Notes: a model not told the origin generated them from the sequence alone. Shown: positions 37,060 through 47,352, numbered from the stretch's first letter. The stretch is 64,000 nucleotides of DNA from Minisyncoccia bacterium (GCA_044356725.1 JBIKVS010000004.1:33351-97350); one strand, 5' to 3'. Numbers and translations are program-made.

Positions 37060-37458
37060 ATGAATAAAAGAGTTTCAGCAATAATTATTAAAAATAATCA
37101 AATTTTACTAATACATAGAATTAAAAATGATATAGAGTATTTTGTTTTGCCAGGTGGAACAGTTGAAGTGGGGGAGGGTAATGAAATAGCTTTGATAAGA
37201 GAGATAAAAGAAGAGACAAACTTAGATATTGTAAATTATAAATTATTATCTCAGGTCAGGGAAGAGTCGAAATTATGGTATATTTATAGAATTGATGAGT
37301 ATTTTGGTAAAATTAGGCTTGGGTATCCAGAAATAGGAAGACAAAATAAACAAAATCAATATATTTTGGAATGGTATAATATCGAAGATTTAGTAAATAT
37401 AAACATTATACCCAATAAGATAAAATTAGAAATTATAGATAAATTAACTTTAAAATAA
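37060..37458 (+). CDS. NUDIX hydrolase
   Basis: LPGG.VE.GE....ALIREIKEETNL. Confidence 0.9.
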   Translation: MNKRVSAIIIKNNQILLIHRIKNDIEYFVLPGGTVEVGEGNEIALIREIKEETNLDIVNYKLLSQVREESKLWYIYRIDEYFGKIRLGYPEIGRQNKQNQYILEWYNIEDLVNINIIPNKIKLEIIDKLTLK

Positions 37459-37546
37459 GCTTTTGCCCCTCCTCAAAGCTGGCTTTTTGGAGGGGTAGGG
37501 GGAGTGTGGTATACTCAATAAGTAATCAATTTAAATAAATTATACT

Positions 37547-37873
37547 ATGGATACTTTAGATAAAATGCAACAAGAAGTGGTGGAAATATTTAGAAAATAT
37601 GATGCTCAAGGTACAAAAACATGGACTTATGAGGTGGCTTCTCATGATTTACAATATCAGGTGGGGAATTTGTCTAAATGTATCTTACAATTGCAAAACT
37701 ATAGATATAGAGAAGGCTTAGATGAATCTCAGATTAAAGATAAATTATCTGATGAATTAGCAGATATTATGGCAGAAGTCTTATTTATAGCTCATGAATT
37801 AGATATTAATTTACATTCTGCTTGGGCAAATATGTTAGCTAGTGATCAGAAAAAAATTAGTGATAGGTCTTAG
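37547..37873 (+). CDS. MazG-like nucleotide pyrophosphohydrolase fold protein
   Basis: L..QVG.L.K...L.DELADI...VL.IA..L.I.L pattern. Confidence 0.65.
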   Translation: MDTLDKMQQEVVEIFRKYDAQGTKTWTYEVASHDLQYQVGNLSKCILQLQNYRYREGLDESQIKDKLSDELADIMAEVLFIAHELDINLHSAWANMLASDQKKISDRS

Positions 37874-37905
37874 ATAAAAAATCACCCCGCTCAGTGCGAG
37901 GTGGG

Positions 37906-38178
37906 TTAAAGATATTGTCTGATTTCTCGCCATTCTTTCAGTAGAATAGTCGGTGGGTTTAGAGGTTCTCCATATTCATCACAGGGTAGTATAAAATAAC
38001 AAGTTTCACTACCAATTAATTCTCCCTGTGGCCCATATATTTTAGTTTCAGTAAAGTTTTGGTAGAACTTCCAATGAGAATCGATATTTATAGTCTGATA
38101 AGGAAGATTGACTATATTTATTGTTTCAAAAATAGCGAATAGTTGCGGCCAAATTTCAAGAAATTGTTGATAGTTCAA
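37906..38178 (-). CDS. Orphan hypothetical protein in a standalone unit
   Basis: TTGCTA-17-TATGAT promoter, GAGGA SD, TTG start, GC hairpin at about 37882-37905. Confidence 0.6.
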   Translation of the reverse strand: MNYQQFLEIWPQLFAIFETINIVNLPYQTINIDSHWKFYQNFTETKIYGPQGELIGSETCYFILPCDEYGEPLNPPTILLKEWREIRQYL

Positions 38179-38234
38179 AAATTATCCTCAAATGGATATA
38201 GATCATAACATAAAAATACTTTATTAGCAAGGTT

Positions 38235-39485
38235 TTATTGAGTTTTTAATCCTAATACTCTTTGTGCTGCAATTTGAAAGTGACTTCTATTAAATTCTTC
38301 AGCTTGAGGATCTCCTGGATGATGATATTCTCTTGCCAAAAAACCAACTTTATCTGGATCAACAGCATTTTTACTGGTTGAATAACTTTCTGAAGCTCGA
38401 GACATTTCACTAGCTTGAGTTTTTATTTGTATTTTATGCATTTGTAGAACATTTGATAAATTGATACCTTGAGTCTTTAATTCTGGATCAATATCATTCA
38501 AATTGACATCTTTATTTACTCTGATTATATCTCCTAAAATTTTACTTCTAGGATTTACTAAAGAATTCTCACCATAATTTACTATATGCTCTAATAAAAC
38601 TGTTTGATAATCTGCTATCAGCTTAGATAAAGCTAATTGTATTTCTTGATAACTTATAGAATCTCTTAGTTCTGGTCTTATGGTGATTGCAATTGTATCA
38701 GCTTTATGTCTAGTATCTCCAATCGAAAATTTAGGAATATCTATAGTAGCTATTACTCCTGGAACTTCTACTAATTCCTCAGTAACTATTCTTTCTGATT
38801 CTGAACCTTTTGAATCATCTTGGAAAGTTGTCTTTTGTCCATCTGTTAAAAATCTTTGATTTCCTGTACTTGTTAATTTTGATATTTCTATAAAACCTTC
38901 AAATTCAGGATTTTTAGTATCTGGAATTGTTAAGTGTTCTAGAAAATCTATTTCTAATGGCTTTCCTTCAGCATTTCCAAATCCATACTTTTGATCTATT
39001 TTAGTTTCAGCTATGATTTCTAGTAGTTTGCTATAATATGCAGACATAATACTCTCAATATCAGACTTAGCAAGATGTATTTCAGTCATTTCTACAGATT
39101 TTAAAAGTTCTTTATAAATTCGGTATCTTTCTAATAAAAATTCAACAGAATCACTTTCTATTTCTAAACTACCCTCTGTATTATATGAATTTAATTCTTT
39201 GTAAACCTCATAATTTTTAATAGATGTTTGAATATTCTCCAATGTCCTTCTGTAATCATTTAATTGTCTTTGAACTCTCGGATTAGTTGTTTTTGTATTT
39301 TCAGAAATAAGGACTTCTAATGCAGTAGATTCATGTTGCTTTTTAGTAATTAAAGTTGTAAGTTCGGTATCTAAATCTAAATTTTCTTCATTAGGATCGG
39401 TAGAGTATATTAAACTTAAAAACTCTTCACTACTATACTCTGATAAATCTTTTGGTTTCTCTCGTGTTTCAACTAAAGTTTCCAT
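38235..39485 (-). CDS. Hypothetical protein with coiled-coil N-terminus and possible PD-(D/E)xK-like C-terminus
   Basis: 416 aa; GSESERIV..L, D...KAD.I, KIQIKT motifs. Confidence 0.65.
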   Translation of the reverse strand: METLVETREKPKDLSEYSSEEFLSLIYSTDPNEENLDLDTELTTLITKKQHESTALEVLISENTKTTNPRVQRQLNDYRRTLENIQTSIKNYEVYKELNSYNTEGSLEIESDSVEFLLERYRIYKELLKSVEMTEIHLAKSDIESIMSAYYSKLLEIIAETKIDQKYGFGNAEGKPLEIDFLEHLTIPDTKNPEFEGFIEISKLTSTGNQRFLTDGQKTTFQDDSKGSESERIVTEELVEVPGVIATIDIPKFSIGDTRHKADTIAITIRPELRDSISYQEIQLALSKLIADYQTVLLEHIVNYGENSLVNPRSKILGDIIRVNKDVNLNDIDPELKTQGINLSNVLQMHKIQIKTQASEMSRASESYSTSKNAVDPDKVGFLAREYHHPGDPQAEEFNRSHFQIAAQRVLGLKTQ

Positions 39486-39540
39486 TTAATTTTATATTTA
39501 CTATACACTTATTATAGCATATTTAGTATAATAAGTCTAT

Positions 39541-40746
39541 ATGGATAATATTTTACAAACAATTAGGTCAGATTTTGAAATTTTGAACTCTAAGATCACA
39601 TATCTTGATTCTGGGGCTTCTAGTCTTACTCCAAAGCCAGTATTGGAGGCTATGAATGAGTATTATAATGAGTATAGGGCTAATATTCATCGTGGTAGTT
39701 ATCGTCTCTCAGAAAGGGCTACTACTGAATATGAGAATGCAAGACAAAAAATCTCAGACTTTCTTGGGGCCAATAGACCAGAGGAAATTATCTTTACTCG
39801 AGGAGCTACAGATGGGCTTAATATGTTGGCTGAGATGTTGGCTTCTCGCCTTAAAGAGGGGCAAAATATGATAATCCCGGTCACAGAACATCATAGTAAT
39901 ATGCTACCTTGGAGGGAATTAGCTCATAAATGTAATCTGGAAATCAAATATATTTATCTTAAAGACGGGGTATTAGATGAAGAAGCTTTAATCAATACTA
40001 TAGATGATAATACGGCTATTGTGGTAATTGGACATATTTCTAATGTTCTTGGAACTATTCACAATGTCAAAGCTATTGCAGATAAAGCTCATACAAAAGG
40101 GGCTCTGTGCATAGTAGATGGAGCTCAGGCAGTGGCTCATATTCCTGTATCTGTAAAGGATTTAGGGGTGGATGCTTATGCTTTTTCTGGACATAAATTA
40201 TATGGACCAACTGGAGTCGGAGTTTTATGGGTGAATTATGAACTTTTAGAGAGCTTGACACCTACTCGCACTGGTGGGGATATGGTAGATTATGTAAATT
40301 TAGAAACCATAGAGTATGCTCCTATCCCACAACGATTTGAAGCGGGTACTCCACCGATTGCGGAGGCTATTGGTCTTGCCCGAGCAATTGATTGGGTTCA
40401 AAATGTAGGCTGGGATTATATTCAGCAACATGAACAAGATTTGGTAAAGTATATCTGGGAGCAAGTTTTTCTGCGGCCTTGGCTAAAAGTGTTAGGTGGA
40501 GGACCAGAGCAGACGAGAATTGCTTGTTTTTCTTTTATAATAGATAATATTCATACTCATGATATAGCTTATTTATTGGCTAAAGAAAATATTTGCGTGC
40601 GTTCAGGACAACATTGTGCTAGTGGAATTGCTCAAGTTTTAGGTATTGCTGGTAGTACTAGAGCAACTTTTGGGGTTTATAATAGTAAGGAGGAAGTAGA
40701 TATTCTAATGCAGGCTTTAGACCAAATTTATACTAAATTTCAATAG
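39541..40746 (+). CDS. sufS: Cysteine desulfurase SufS
   Basis: YLDSGA, ANIHRG, EHHSN, FSGHKLYGPTG, FEAGTP, VRSGQHCA. Confidence 0.95.
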   Translation: MDNILQTIRSDFEILNSKITYLDSGASSLTPKPVLEAMNEYYNEYRANIHRGSYRLSERATTEYENARQKISDFLGANRPEEIIFTRGATDGLNMLAEMLASRLKEGQNMIIPVTEHHSNMLPWRELAHKCNLEIKYIYLKDGVLDEEALINTIDDNTAIVVIGHISNVLGTIHNVKAIADKAHTKGALCIVDGAQAVAHIPVSVKDLGVDAYAFSGHKLYGPTGVGVLWVNYELLESLTPTRTGGDMVDYVNLETIEYAPIPQRFEAGTPPIAEAIGLARAIDWVQNVGWDYIQQHEQDLVKYIWEQVFLRPWLKVLGGGPEQTRIACFSFIIDNIHTHDIAYLLAKENICVRSGQHCASGIAQVLGIAGSTRATFGVYNSKEEVDILMQALDQIYTKFQ

Positions 40747-40748
40747 TT

Positions 40749-41108
40749 ATGGATGATATTTACCGAGAATATATTTTAGATTTATACCGCAATCCTCTTA
40801 ATAAAGGGGTTTTAGATACTCCAACTCATAAATTACATGGTCACAATGCGAATTGTGGAGATGATATCTGGATTTATATTATTCTTAAAAATGGAATAAT
40901 CCAAGATATTGCTTTTGATGGAGTTGGATGTGCTTTATGCATTGCTGGGGCTTCAGTGACAACTGAAAAACTTAAAGGACTAACTTTAAAAGAATTGCAG
41001 CAAATTTCAATTGAGCAGTTATATGAATGGTTAGGTCTAGAGATAGAGTTAACTCGAGTTAAGTGTGTGTCCTTAGCTTTACGAACAGTTCAAGAAGTGG
41101 TAGAATAA
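40749..41108 (+). CDS. sufU: SufU/IscU-type scaffold
   Basis: YRE.ILD.YRNP.NKG, N..CGD, F.G.GCA, R.KC..L. Confidence 0.92.
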   Translation: MDDIYREYILDLYRNPLNKGVLDTPTHKLHGHNANCGDDIWIYIILKNGIIQDIAFDGVGCALCIAGASVTTEKLKGLTLKELQQISIEQLYEWLGLEIELTRVKCVSLALRTVQEVVE

Positions 41109-41130
41109 TACAAATTTGGAGTTAATATTT

Positions 41131-41838
41131 ATGCTAAAATTACAAAACATCAGTATTAAAAAAGATGAAAAGATTATCATCAAAGATTTATCTTTTGAGG
41201 TCAAAAAAGATGAGATCCATTACCTGATGGGGCCTAATGGGAGCGGGAAAAGCACTTTGGCTTTAGCTATAATGGGTTATCCCGAATATGAAATTAGTGG
41301 CAATATTATCTGGGAAGGACAAGATATTGCTAACATCTCACCAGATAAAAGAGCAAAATTAGGTCTATTTTTGTCTATGCAATATCCACCAGCTATTAAG
41401 GGAGTTACTATTTTGAGCTTACTGAAAAATGCTTATCAGGCTATATATGGACAAGTGAATGTGTTAGAGTTTAGAAAAAAAGTATTAGACGAGGCTCAGA
41501 AATTAGGTTTAGGGGCTGAGATTTTATCTAGATATGTGAATGACGGATTCTCAGGCGGGGAGAGAAAGAGATTGGAATTATTACAGCTTATAATCTTAAA
41601 GCCTAAGCTGGCAATTTTGGATGAACCTGATTCAGGGTTAGATATTGATGCTATTAAGATAATGTCATCTGAATTAGAAAAATTATCCAAGGAGGGTATG
41701 ACTTTTTTGATTATTACTCATTTAGGTAATCTGTCAGCTAGTCCAGATAAGGTTACAGTTATCAAAAATGGAGTAATAGTAGCAGAAGGAGATAAAAACA
41801 TACTATCTAGATTACAAAAGAAAGGATTTAATGATTAA
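41131..41838 (+). CDS. sufC: Fe-S assembly ATPase SufC
   Basis: MGPNGSGKSTL, QYP..I.GV, VNDGFSGGERKR, ILDEPDSGLDIDA. Confidence 0.95.
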   Translation: MLKLQNISIKKDEKIIIKDLSFEVKKDEIHYLMGPNGSGKSTLALAIMGYPEYEISGNIIWEGQDIANISPDKRAKLGLFLSMQYPPAIKGVTILSLLKNAYQAIYGQVNVLEFRKKVLDEAQKLGLGAEILSRYVNDGFSGGERKRLELLQLIILKPKLAILDEPDSGLDIDAIKIMSSELEKLSKEGMTFLIITHLGNLSASPDKVTVIKNGVIVAEGDKNILSRLQKKGFND

Positions 41839-41847
41839 AATAAAGCA

Positions 41848-42135
41848 ATGATTACAAAAAATGAAGTAATAGCAGTTTGCCAAACTATTCAAGACCCAGA
41901 AGTTCATCTAGACATTTATACTTTAGGCTTAATTTATAATATTGAAGTTACAGCTGAGAATGAAATTAATATATTGATGACCTATACTACACCGCTATGT
42001 CCTTTTGGAGGTAAAATGCAAGAAGAGTTGCGGACAGCTTTATCTGTATTGAATCCAAAATCTATTAATATAGAATTAACCTTTAATCCTACTTGGAAAG
42101 TTAGTGATGAATTAAGAGAGGCTTTAGGGATATAA
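41848..42135 (+). CDS. DUF59/SufT-family metal-sulfur cluster biosynthesis protein
   Basis: DPE..LDI..LGLIY, MT.TTP.CP, F.P.W. Confidence 0.92.
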   Translation: MITKNEVIAVCQTIQDPEVHLDIYTLGLIYNIEVTAENEINILMTYTTPLCPFGGKMQEELRTALSVLNPKSINIELTFNPTWKVSDELREALGI

Positions 42136-42197
42136 TTTGATTTGACAAAATTATTAGTAGTGATATAATTTTTATATAATTATAAATTAACATCAAT

Positions 42198-42974
42198 ATG
42201 AATAAATTATCTAAAATTGTATTAGTCTCTAGTCTCTCAGTTTTATTATCGGTCGTAGTTATTAGTGGAGTTGTCATAGCTCAAGAACCAAATACTGAAC
42301 CTATGAAAGATGATATGTCTCCAATGACTACAGAAGCTCCACAAACAAAGGAAAGACCCATTAGAGTCAACTCTAATGTACAAAATAGAAATGTTGAAAG
42401 ACAAACTAAACAGTCTGAAAGTTCAAATGTATCTACTCAAAACATTGAAAAAAGACAATCAAATATAATTACGAATCAAGAACAAAGAGCTACAAGAATT
42501 CAAGAGCGATGTGAAAGTTTTGGAATCAGAATTGTTAATCATCAGAATATATTTAGAGTCAAATCTCAAGGTAGAATTACTAAATATAATCAAATTACAA
42601 ACAGATTAGAAACAGTTTCAACTAAATTAGCTGAAAAAGGAGTTGATATTGCAACTTATGACTCGTATTTAGTGGAGTTAAACTCTAAAATCAATTCTCT
42701 TAATATATTAAACCAAGACTATATACAATTATTTGGATCTAAAGCTAATACAGGTGAATTTTGTAATAATAAAGAGCAATTATCAACCGAAGTAGATACC
42801 AGAAAAGCAAAATTACAATTAGTAATAGATAAAGATAAGGAAATCAGAATGTATATTAAAGATATAATCATCCCATACCTAAGAAGTATCAAACCTCAAA
42901 CACAGACAACAGTTCCAAGTACTGTGGAGGCTCCAGTTACTTCACCTACAAACTCTAATCAAGTCTTAGAATAA
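42198..42974 (+). CDS. Secreted coiled-coil hypothetical protein
   Basis: Signal peptide and long helices; TTGACA..TGATATAAT promoter at 42142-42169. Confidence 0.75.
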   Translation: MNKLSKIVLVSSLSVLLSVVVISGVVIAQEPNTEPMKDDMSPMTTEAPQTKERPIRVNSNVQNRNVERQTKQSESSNVSTQNIEKRQSNIITNQEQRATRIQERCESFGIRIVNHQNIFRVKSQGRITKYNQITNRLETVSTKLAEKGVDIATYDSYLVELNSKINSLNILNQDYIQLFGSKANTGEFCNNKEQLSTEVDTRKAKLQLVIDKDKEIRMYIKDIIIPYLRSIKPQTQTTVPSTVEAPVTSPTNSNQVLE

Positions 42975-42993
42975 TAATCAATAAAATACTAAT

Positions 42994-43419
42994 ATGGATA
43001 ATCAAGAATTAAATAGCAATGCCAAATTAACTTCTTTCACTCCTGAGGAAGCTACACCGATTAATAACAGTAACTCTAATATTGAAACTAAAGTCAATAA
43101 TGACTCCGATAATATCTTAAAAAAAGAAGTAGTGACTAGACCGGTATTATGGGGATTAGTTGTGTTCTTAGTATTTTTCTCCCTAGTAATTGGAGCTGTC
43201 AGTATATATAGAATGTATCAGCCAGAGGATCTAGTTGAGGAAGTAAATGTTGAGCCTACTAATACAATTACCCCATCTATCACCCCCGATAATACTTTAG
43301 AGACAACTCCAGTAACTGAAGATACTAGTTTAGAAGCAGACTTAATAGAATCAGAAATACAGTCTATAGACCAAGATTTAGAAGAGGATATTTATTCTGA
43401 TGAAGCTTTAGGATTATAG
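42994..43419 (+). CDS. Hypothetical single-TM protein with acidic tail
   Basis: One TM segment; E/D/T-rich C-terminus. Confidence 0.7.
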   Translation: MDNQELNSNAKLTSFTPEEATPINNSNSNIETKVNNDSDNILKKEVVTRPVLWGLVVFLVFFSLVIGAVSIYRMYQPEDLVEEVNVEPTNTITPSITPDNTLETTPVTEDTSLEADLIESEIQSIDQDLEEDIYSDEALGL

Positions 43420-43484
43420 TATATATTTGACAGTAATTTGTATCTAGAGTAGTTTATTAATGTATAGTTTAGAATAAAATCAGG

Positions 43485-44858
43485 ATGAAATACTTTATTA
43501 TTACAGGAGCTACCGGAGATTTAGCTACAACTAAGTTATACCCAGCTTTGGCTGAGACTTTTGCTTATAATAAATATTTACCAGATACTCAGTTTTTGGG
43601 AGCGGGTAGAAAAGATTTATCACAAGAAGAATATCAGCAATTAGTTCACAGTAGCCTGTCTCAATTTGAAGGCAAAAAAGATTTTATTCAAGATTTACAA
43701 TATGTTCAAATAGACTTTGATAATATTGAGACTATAAAAAATTTTTTTGTAAAATATAATATTAAAGCAGGAGATGAGGTTATCTTATATATGGCTATAC
43801 CCCCACAGGCCTTTGACTCTGTTATAGATACTTTAGCAGAAGTAAAAAACTCTCATTCAAATATAAAATATAAATTAGTTTTTGAAAAACCATTTGGTTC
43901 AGACTTGCAATCAGCTCAACATTTGAATCAAAAAGTATCTCAATATTTTAGAGAAGAAGAAATTTATAGAGTAGATCATTATTTAGGTAAAGAGACAATT
44001 CAAAATATCTTAGCCCTTAGATTTGGCAATAGTATGTTTGAACCACTGTTGAATAATCACTATGTAGAATCGATTAAGATAGATGTTTGGGAAGAGCGAG
44101 GTATAGATAAAAGAGCTGATTACTTCGATAAAACAGGTATTATAAAAGATATTTTGCAAAATCATATATTGCAAACTCTAGCACTTATTACAATGGAAGC
44201 CCCAGTTGCTATGGAGGCTGAGTATATTCGTGATGAAAAGCATAAATTGATTAAATCACTAAGACCAATTCAAAACCAAGATGTTATTTTAGGACAATAT
44301 ATATCATCAGATGGAAAGTTAGGATATTTACAAGAAGATGGAGTAGAGGCTCATTCTAAAACTGAAACTTATGTTCAACTCACATCCTATATAGATAATC
44401 TTAGATGGGAGGGTGTTCCAATTTATATTTCCACAGGTAAAAGACTGTCTGAGACTAAAGCCGAGATAAGAATTTCTTTTAAACCAAGATTTCAATATTT
44501 TAGCCATACTGATGAAGGATGTAACCCACAAAAGAATGAATTAGTAGTTAGTATACAGCCTCATGAAGAGGTATATTATACTGTTAATGCTAAGTTTCCA
44601 GGCAAGGGAATGTGTATTCAGCCAGTCAAATTACACTTCACTTATGAAGAGTCTTTTGGGCAAAGAAGTCAAGGAGCATATACTAGACTCATACAAGATA
44701 TTCTAGATTCAGACCAATCTTTGTTTATTCGTTCAGATGAGATAGAGGCGGCTTGGAGTTATGTAGATATATTAATTCAAGATAATAATATTCAAAATAG
44801 AAAACTTATTCCATATCCAGTAGGAATAGAAGCTACTAAAATTGTGGAAAAACTGTAG
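43485..44858 (+). CDS. zwf: Glucose-6-phosphate 1-dehydrogenase
   Basis: GATGDLA..KLYPAL, EKPFG, YRVDHYLGKE, QNHILQ. Confidence 0.96.
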   Translation: MKYFIITGATGDLATTKLYPALAETFAYNKYLPDTQFLGAGRKDLSQEEYQQLVHSSLSQFEGKKDFIQDLQYVQIDFDNIETIKNFFVKYNIKAGDEVILYMAIPPQAFDSVIDTLAEVKNSHSNIKYKLVFEKPFGSDLQSAQHLNQKVSQYFREEEIYRVDHYLGKETIQNILALRFGNSMFEPLLNNHYVESIKIDVWEERGIDKRADYFDKTGIIKDILQNHILQTLALITMEAPVAMEAEYIRDEKHKLIKSLRPIQNQDVILGQYISSDGKLGYLQEDGVEAHSKTETYVQLTSYIDNLRWEGVPIYISTGKRLSETKAEIRISFKPRFQYFSHTDEGCNPQKNELVVSIQPHEEVYYTVNAKFPGKGMCIQPVKLHFTYEESFGQRSQGAYTRLIQDILDSDQSLFIRSDEIEAAWSYVDILIQDNNIQNRKLIPYPVGIEATKIVEKL

Positions 44859-44915
44859 TGAAAAAGTTTGATTAATTGTGATATAATAAATAAGGAATAT
44901 TAATTAATAATATAT

Positions 44916-45053
44916 ATGGCAACAAAAAAGAAGCAAAAGCAAAATACAGACAGGTACTATAGATTTTTATTAAATCTTATAGCTATTATATTTATATCTA
45001 CATTTGCATACACTACATCTATGATTGTGGTCAACTATCAAATGGGATACTAA
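44916..45053 (+). CDS. Small (45 aa) single-TM protein
   Basis: Manual translation MATKKKQKQNTDRYYRFLLNLIAIIFISTFAYTTSMIVVNYQMGY; extended -10 TGATATAAT upstream. Confidence 0.55.
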   Translation: MATKKKQKQNTDRYYRFLLNLIAIIFISTFAYTTSMIVVNYQMGY

Positions 45054-45060
45054 TATTATT

Positions 45061-45567
45061 TTAAGTTTTAAGTAAATATCCAAGACTAGATTGACAACAT
45101 AAGGCAACAGCAAGACCATCAGCTGCGTCGTCTGGTTTTGGAATAGATTTGAGCCCAAGAATGGTGGCGACCATTTGTTGTATTTGGGACTTCGGTGCTT
45201 TACCATAGCCTGTTATGGCTTGTTTGATTTGTAGCGGTGTAAATTCAAAAAGTTGTAAATTATGAAGCTCGGCATTCAGTAATACTACTCCACGAGCTTG
45301 AGCTACAGTAATAATCGTTGTGGTATTACGAAAGAAAAATAATTTCTCAACGGCTAAAATATTGGGCTTATGAGTTTTGATAAGTTGTTTGAGACTCTCA
45401 TCTATAATAGATAGCCTCTTAGAGTCAGTCAGGGTTGCATCAGTAGTTATAACCCCATAATCTACTACATTAGAGACTTTAGAAATAGTAGTATCAATAA
45501 TACCAAAACCTGTGGTCGCTGTCCCAGGATCAATTCCTAATATGCGATATGGTGCAGATTTAGACAT
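45061..45567 (-). CDS. ruvC: Holliday junction resolvase RuvC
   Basis: ILGIDPG, AVE.LFF..N, AQARGV, GYGKA.K.Q, PDDAAD.LA.A.C. Confidence 0.96.
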   Translation of the reverse strand: MSKSAPYRILGIDPGTATTGFGIIDTTISKVSNVVDYGVITTDATLTDSKRLSIIDESLKQLIKTHKPNILAVEKLFFFRNTTTIITVAQARGVVLLNAELHNLQLFEFTPLQIKQAITGYGKAPKSQIQQMVATILGLKSIPKPDDAADGLAVALCCQSSLGYLLKT

Positions 45568-45570
45568 ACT

Positions 45571-46104
45571 CTAAACTGAAGCAGTAGTCCAAATTTCCTC
45601 TACATCATCTAATTCTTCTAGAATTTCAATCAAATTTTCTAGTTTTTCTTTAGTTTCATCAGATATTTCAGTTGGAATATTCACTTTATACTCTTGCTCT
45701 CTGGTAATTTCTTCAAACATCCAAATCACAGAACCATTAGCTCCAAGAGTACCACCATTTTTAGATAAAAGATGCCGTAAATCAGCTACGGTACGATTCG
45801 GGTTGTCGGTATAAGTCTTGATTAATAAACCAACTCCCTCTGGACCAAACCCCTCATACATAATCACTTGGCCACTAGTATTGGAAGCTTTCTCTAAAAT
45901 TCGATTAATATTATCTTTAGGCATATTAACTTCTTTAGCCTTTTCGAGAGCTAATCTTAACTCTGGATTCATAGCAGGGTCAGTAGAACCTTTTCGAGCT
46001 GCAATTTGAATCATTTTGACTACTTTGGAAAAATTTTGAGCCTTAAGTTTATCTGTAGCTGCTTTTTTATGCTTAATTTTAGAGAATTTATTATGCCCAG
46101 CCAT
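45571..46104 (-). CDS. yebC: YebC/PmpR-family protein (short form)
   Basis: MAGHNKFSKIKHKK, NP.LR, NMPKDNI, YEGFGP.G, TDNPNRT. Confidence 0.92.
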   Translation of the reverse strand: MAGHNKFSKIKHKKAATDKLKAQNFSKVVKMIQIAARKGSTDPAMNPELRLALEKAKEVNMPKDNINRILEKASNTSGQVIMYEGFGPEGVGLLIKTYTDNPNRTVADLRHLLSKNGGTLGANGSVIWMFEEITREQEYKVNIPTEISDETKEKLENLIEILEELDDVEEIWTTASV

Positions 46105-46211
46105 AGAGTTATTTATTATCTTATTGTTTATAATTATAGCATAAAATTAGCTAAATTTCAAGAATAGGGGTTGATGTAATTATGAATGGTAAGTTGTAAA
46201 TTATGAATTTA

Positions 46212-46234
46212 GTAGGGGCGACCTTTCAGTCGCC
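46212..46234 (+). repeat. GTAG-type REP
   Basis: gtaggggcgacctttcagtcgcc. Confidence 0.8.
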
Positions 46235-46314
46235 TGTATTCTATATACCTCATAAAACTAGACAAAAATGTAAAAATATGGTATAAGATTAAAGTAAATT
46301 ATGGAGCGATCTCC

Positions 46315-46701
46315 ATGTCCCGTTTCAATCGCTTTGTTCTGTTTTTTCTTTCCACAACACTCCTCCTAGGAGTGTCAGGGTGTAATGGAATGCCAAAAAG
46401 TGAAAGAAAAATTTTTAATGAAATGAGATATACAGTACATTTATACTCCGTTGATAATACAGATGCTAAAGAGATGGTCATGCATAAAGATGTAAAGCAA
46501 GAGGATTTAAGGGATATGTGTAAATCCACATCAAAATTTACCAGGTTATGTCATATTGTATCTATGCTTCCAGCTGGGCAGCCAAATTTTAATGGTAACT
46601 ATATAAGAGTTATTCCTGAGGATATTGTAGTGCCAGGATATTCATCCCTCCTCATAGATGGGAGTGATACTGTCTTATTGCTTCAAAAACCTACCCAGTA
46701 G
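46315..46701 (+). CDS. Orphan putative lipoprotein
   Basis: Signal peptide ending in lipobox-like VSGC; own promoter and terminator (about 46721-46744). Confidence 0.7.
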   Translation: MSRFNRFVLFFLSTTLLLGVSGCNGMPKSERKIFNEMRYTVHLYSVDNTDAKEMVMHKDVKQEDLRDMCKSTSKFTRLCHIVSMLPAGQPNFNGNYIRVIPEDIVVPGYSSLLIDGSDTVLLLQKPTQ

Positions 46702-46880
46702 GTCACATTCTATACTCTAAAGCCCGGCATTGACCGGGTTTTTTATTTTGACCCCGTAGTGATGACTTTATATTTACTTGTGCTTTATAAACCTCTAAAG
46801 AATAGAATAAAATTAGAAAAAGTTGAATAAATTGAAAGGAGTCACTCTTGAGAGACTCCAATGTAATGTTATTGCTCATT

Positions 46881-47099
46881 TTAATCTTCTAATTTAGCTA
46901 TAATACAATAACACAATACTACTGCTATTAAATATATAATTATATAAAGCAAATTAGCAAAAAATTTTTCCCAATACCCAACAATCAGATGAACAAATAT
47001 AGAAAAATAATTCCAGAAAAGACACAATACAAATATATAAGAAACAACAGTGAGAATATATTTGCACAATTCTAGTAACTCAAATTTAAGATTAGGCAC
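46881..47099 (-). CDS. Small orphan two-TM protein
   Basis: TAGACA..TGATATAAG promoter, GGAG SD, GTG start, downstream hairpin at about 46838-46859. Confidence 0.55.
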   Translation of the reverse strand: MPNLKFELLELCKYILTVVSYIFVLCLFWNYFSIFVHLIVGYWEKFFANLLYIIIYLIAVVLCYCIIAKLED

Positions 47100-47167
47100 G
47101 GAAAGTCTCCGTATAGTACAATAGACTTATATCATATTTTAATACTTTTGTCTATATTTAAATTCCA

Positions 47168-47190
47168 GGCGACTGAGAGGTCGCCCCTAC
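47168..47190 (-). repeat. GTAG-type REP
   Basis: ggcgactgagaggtcgcccctac. Confidence 0.8.
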
Positions 47191-47352
47191 GAAAGTCTAA
47201 GTGTAAGGTTTGAAGTTCCTTATAATGGCTTGTATAAAAGCGATATATAAGATGAATATCTCGATTTACTGGGTATTGAGTTTATATAGTTATTAACATT
47301 GAAAAACTTTGGGGAATATGATATTTTTTATATACATCTCTGGAGAGTTCCG

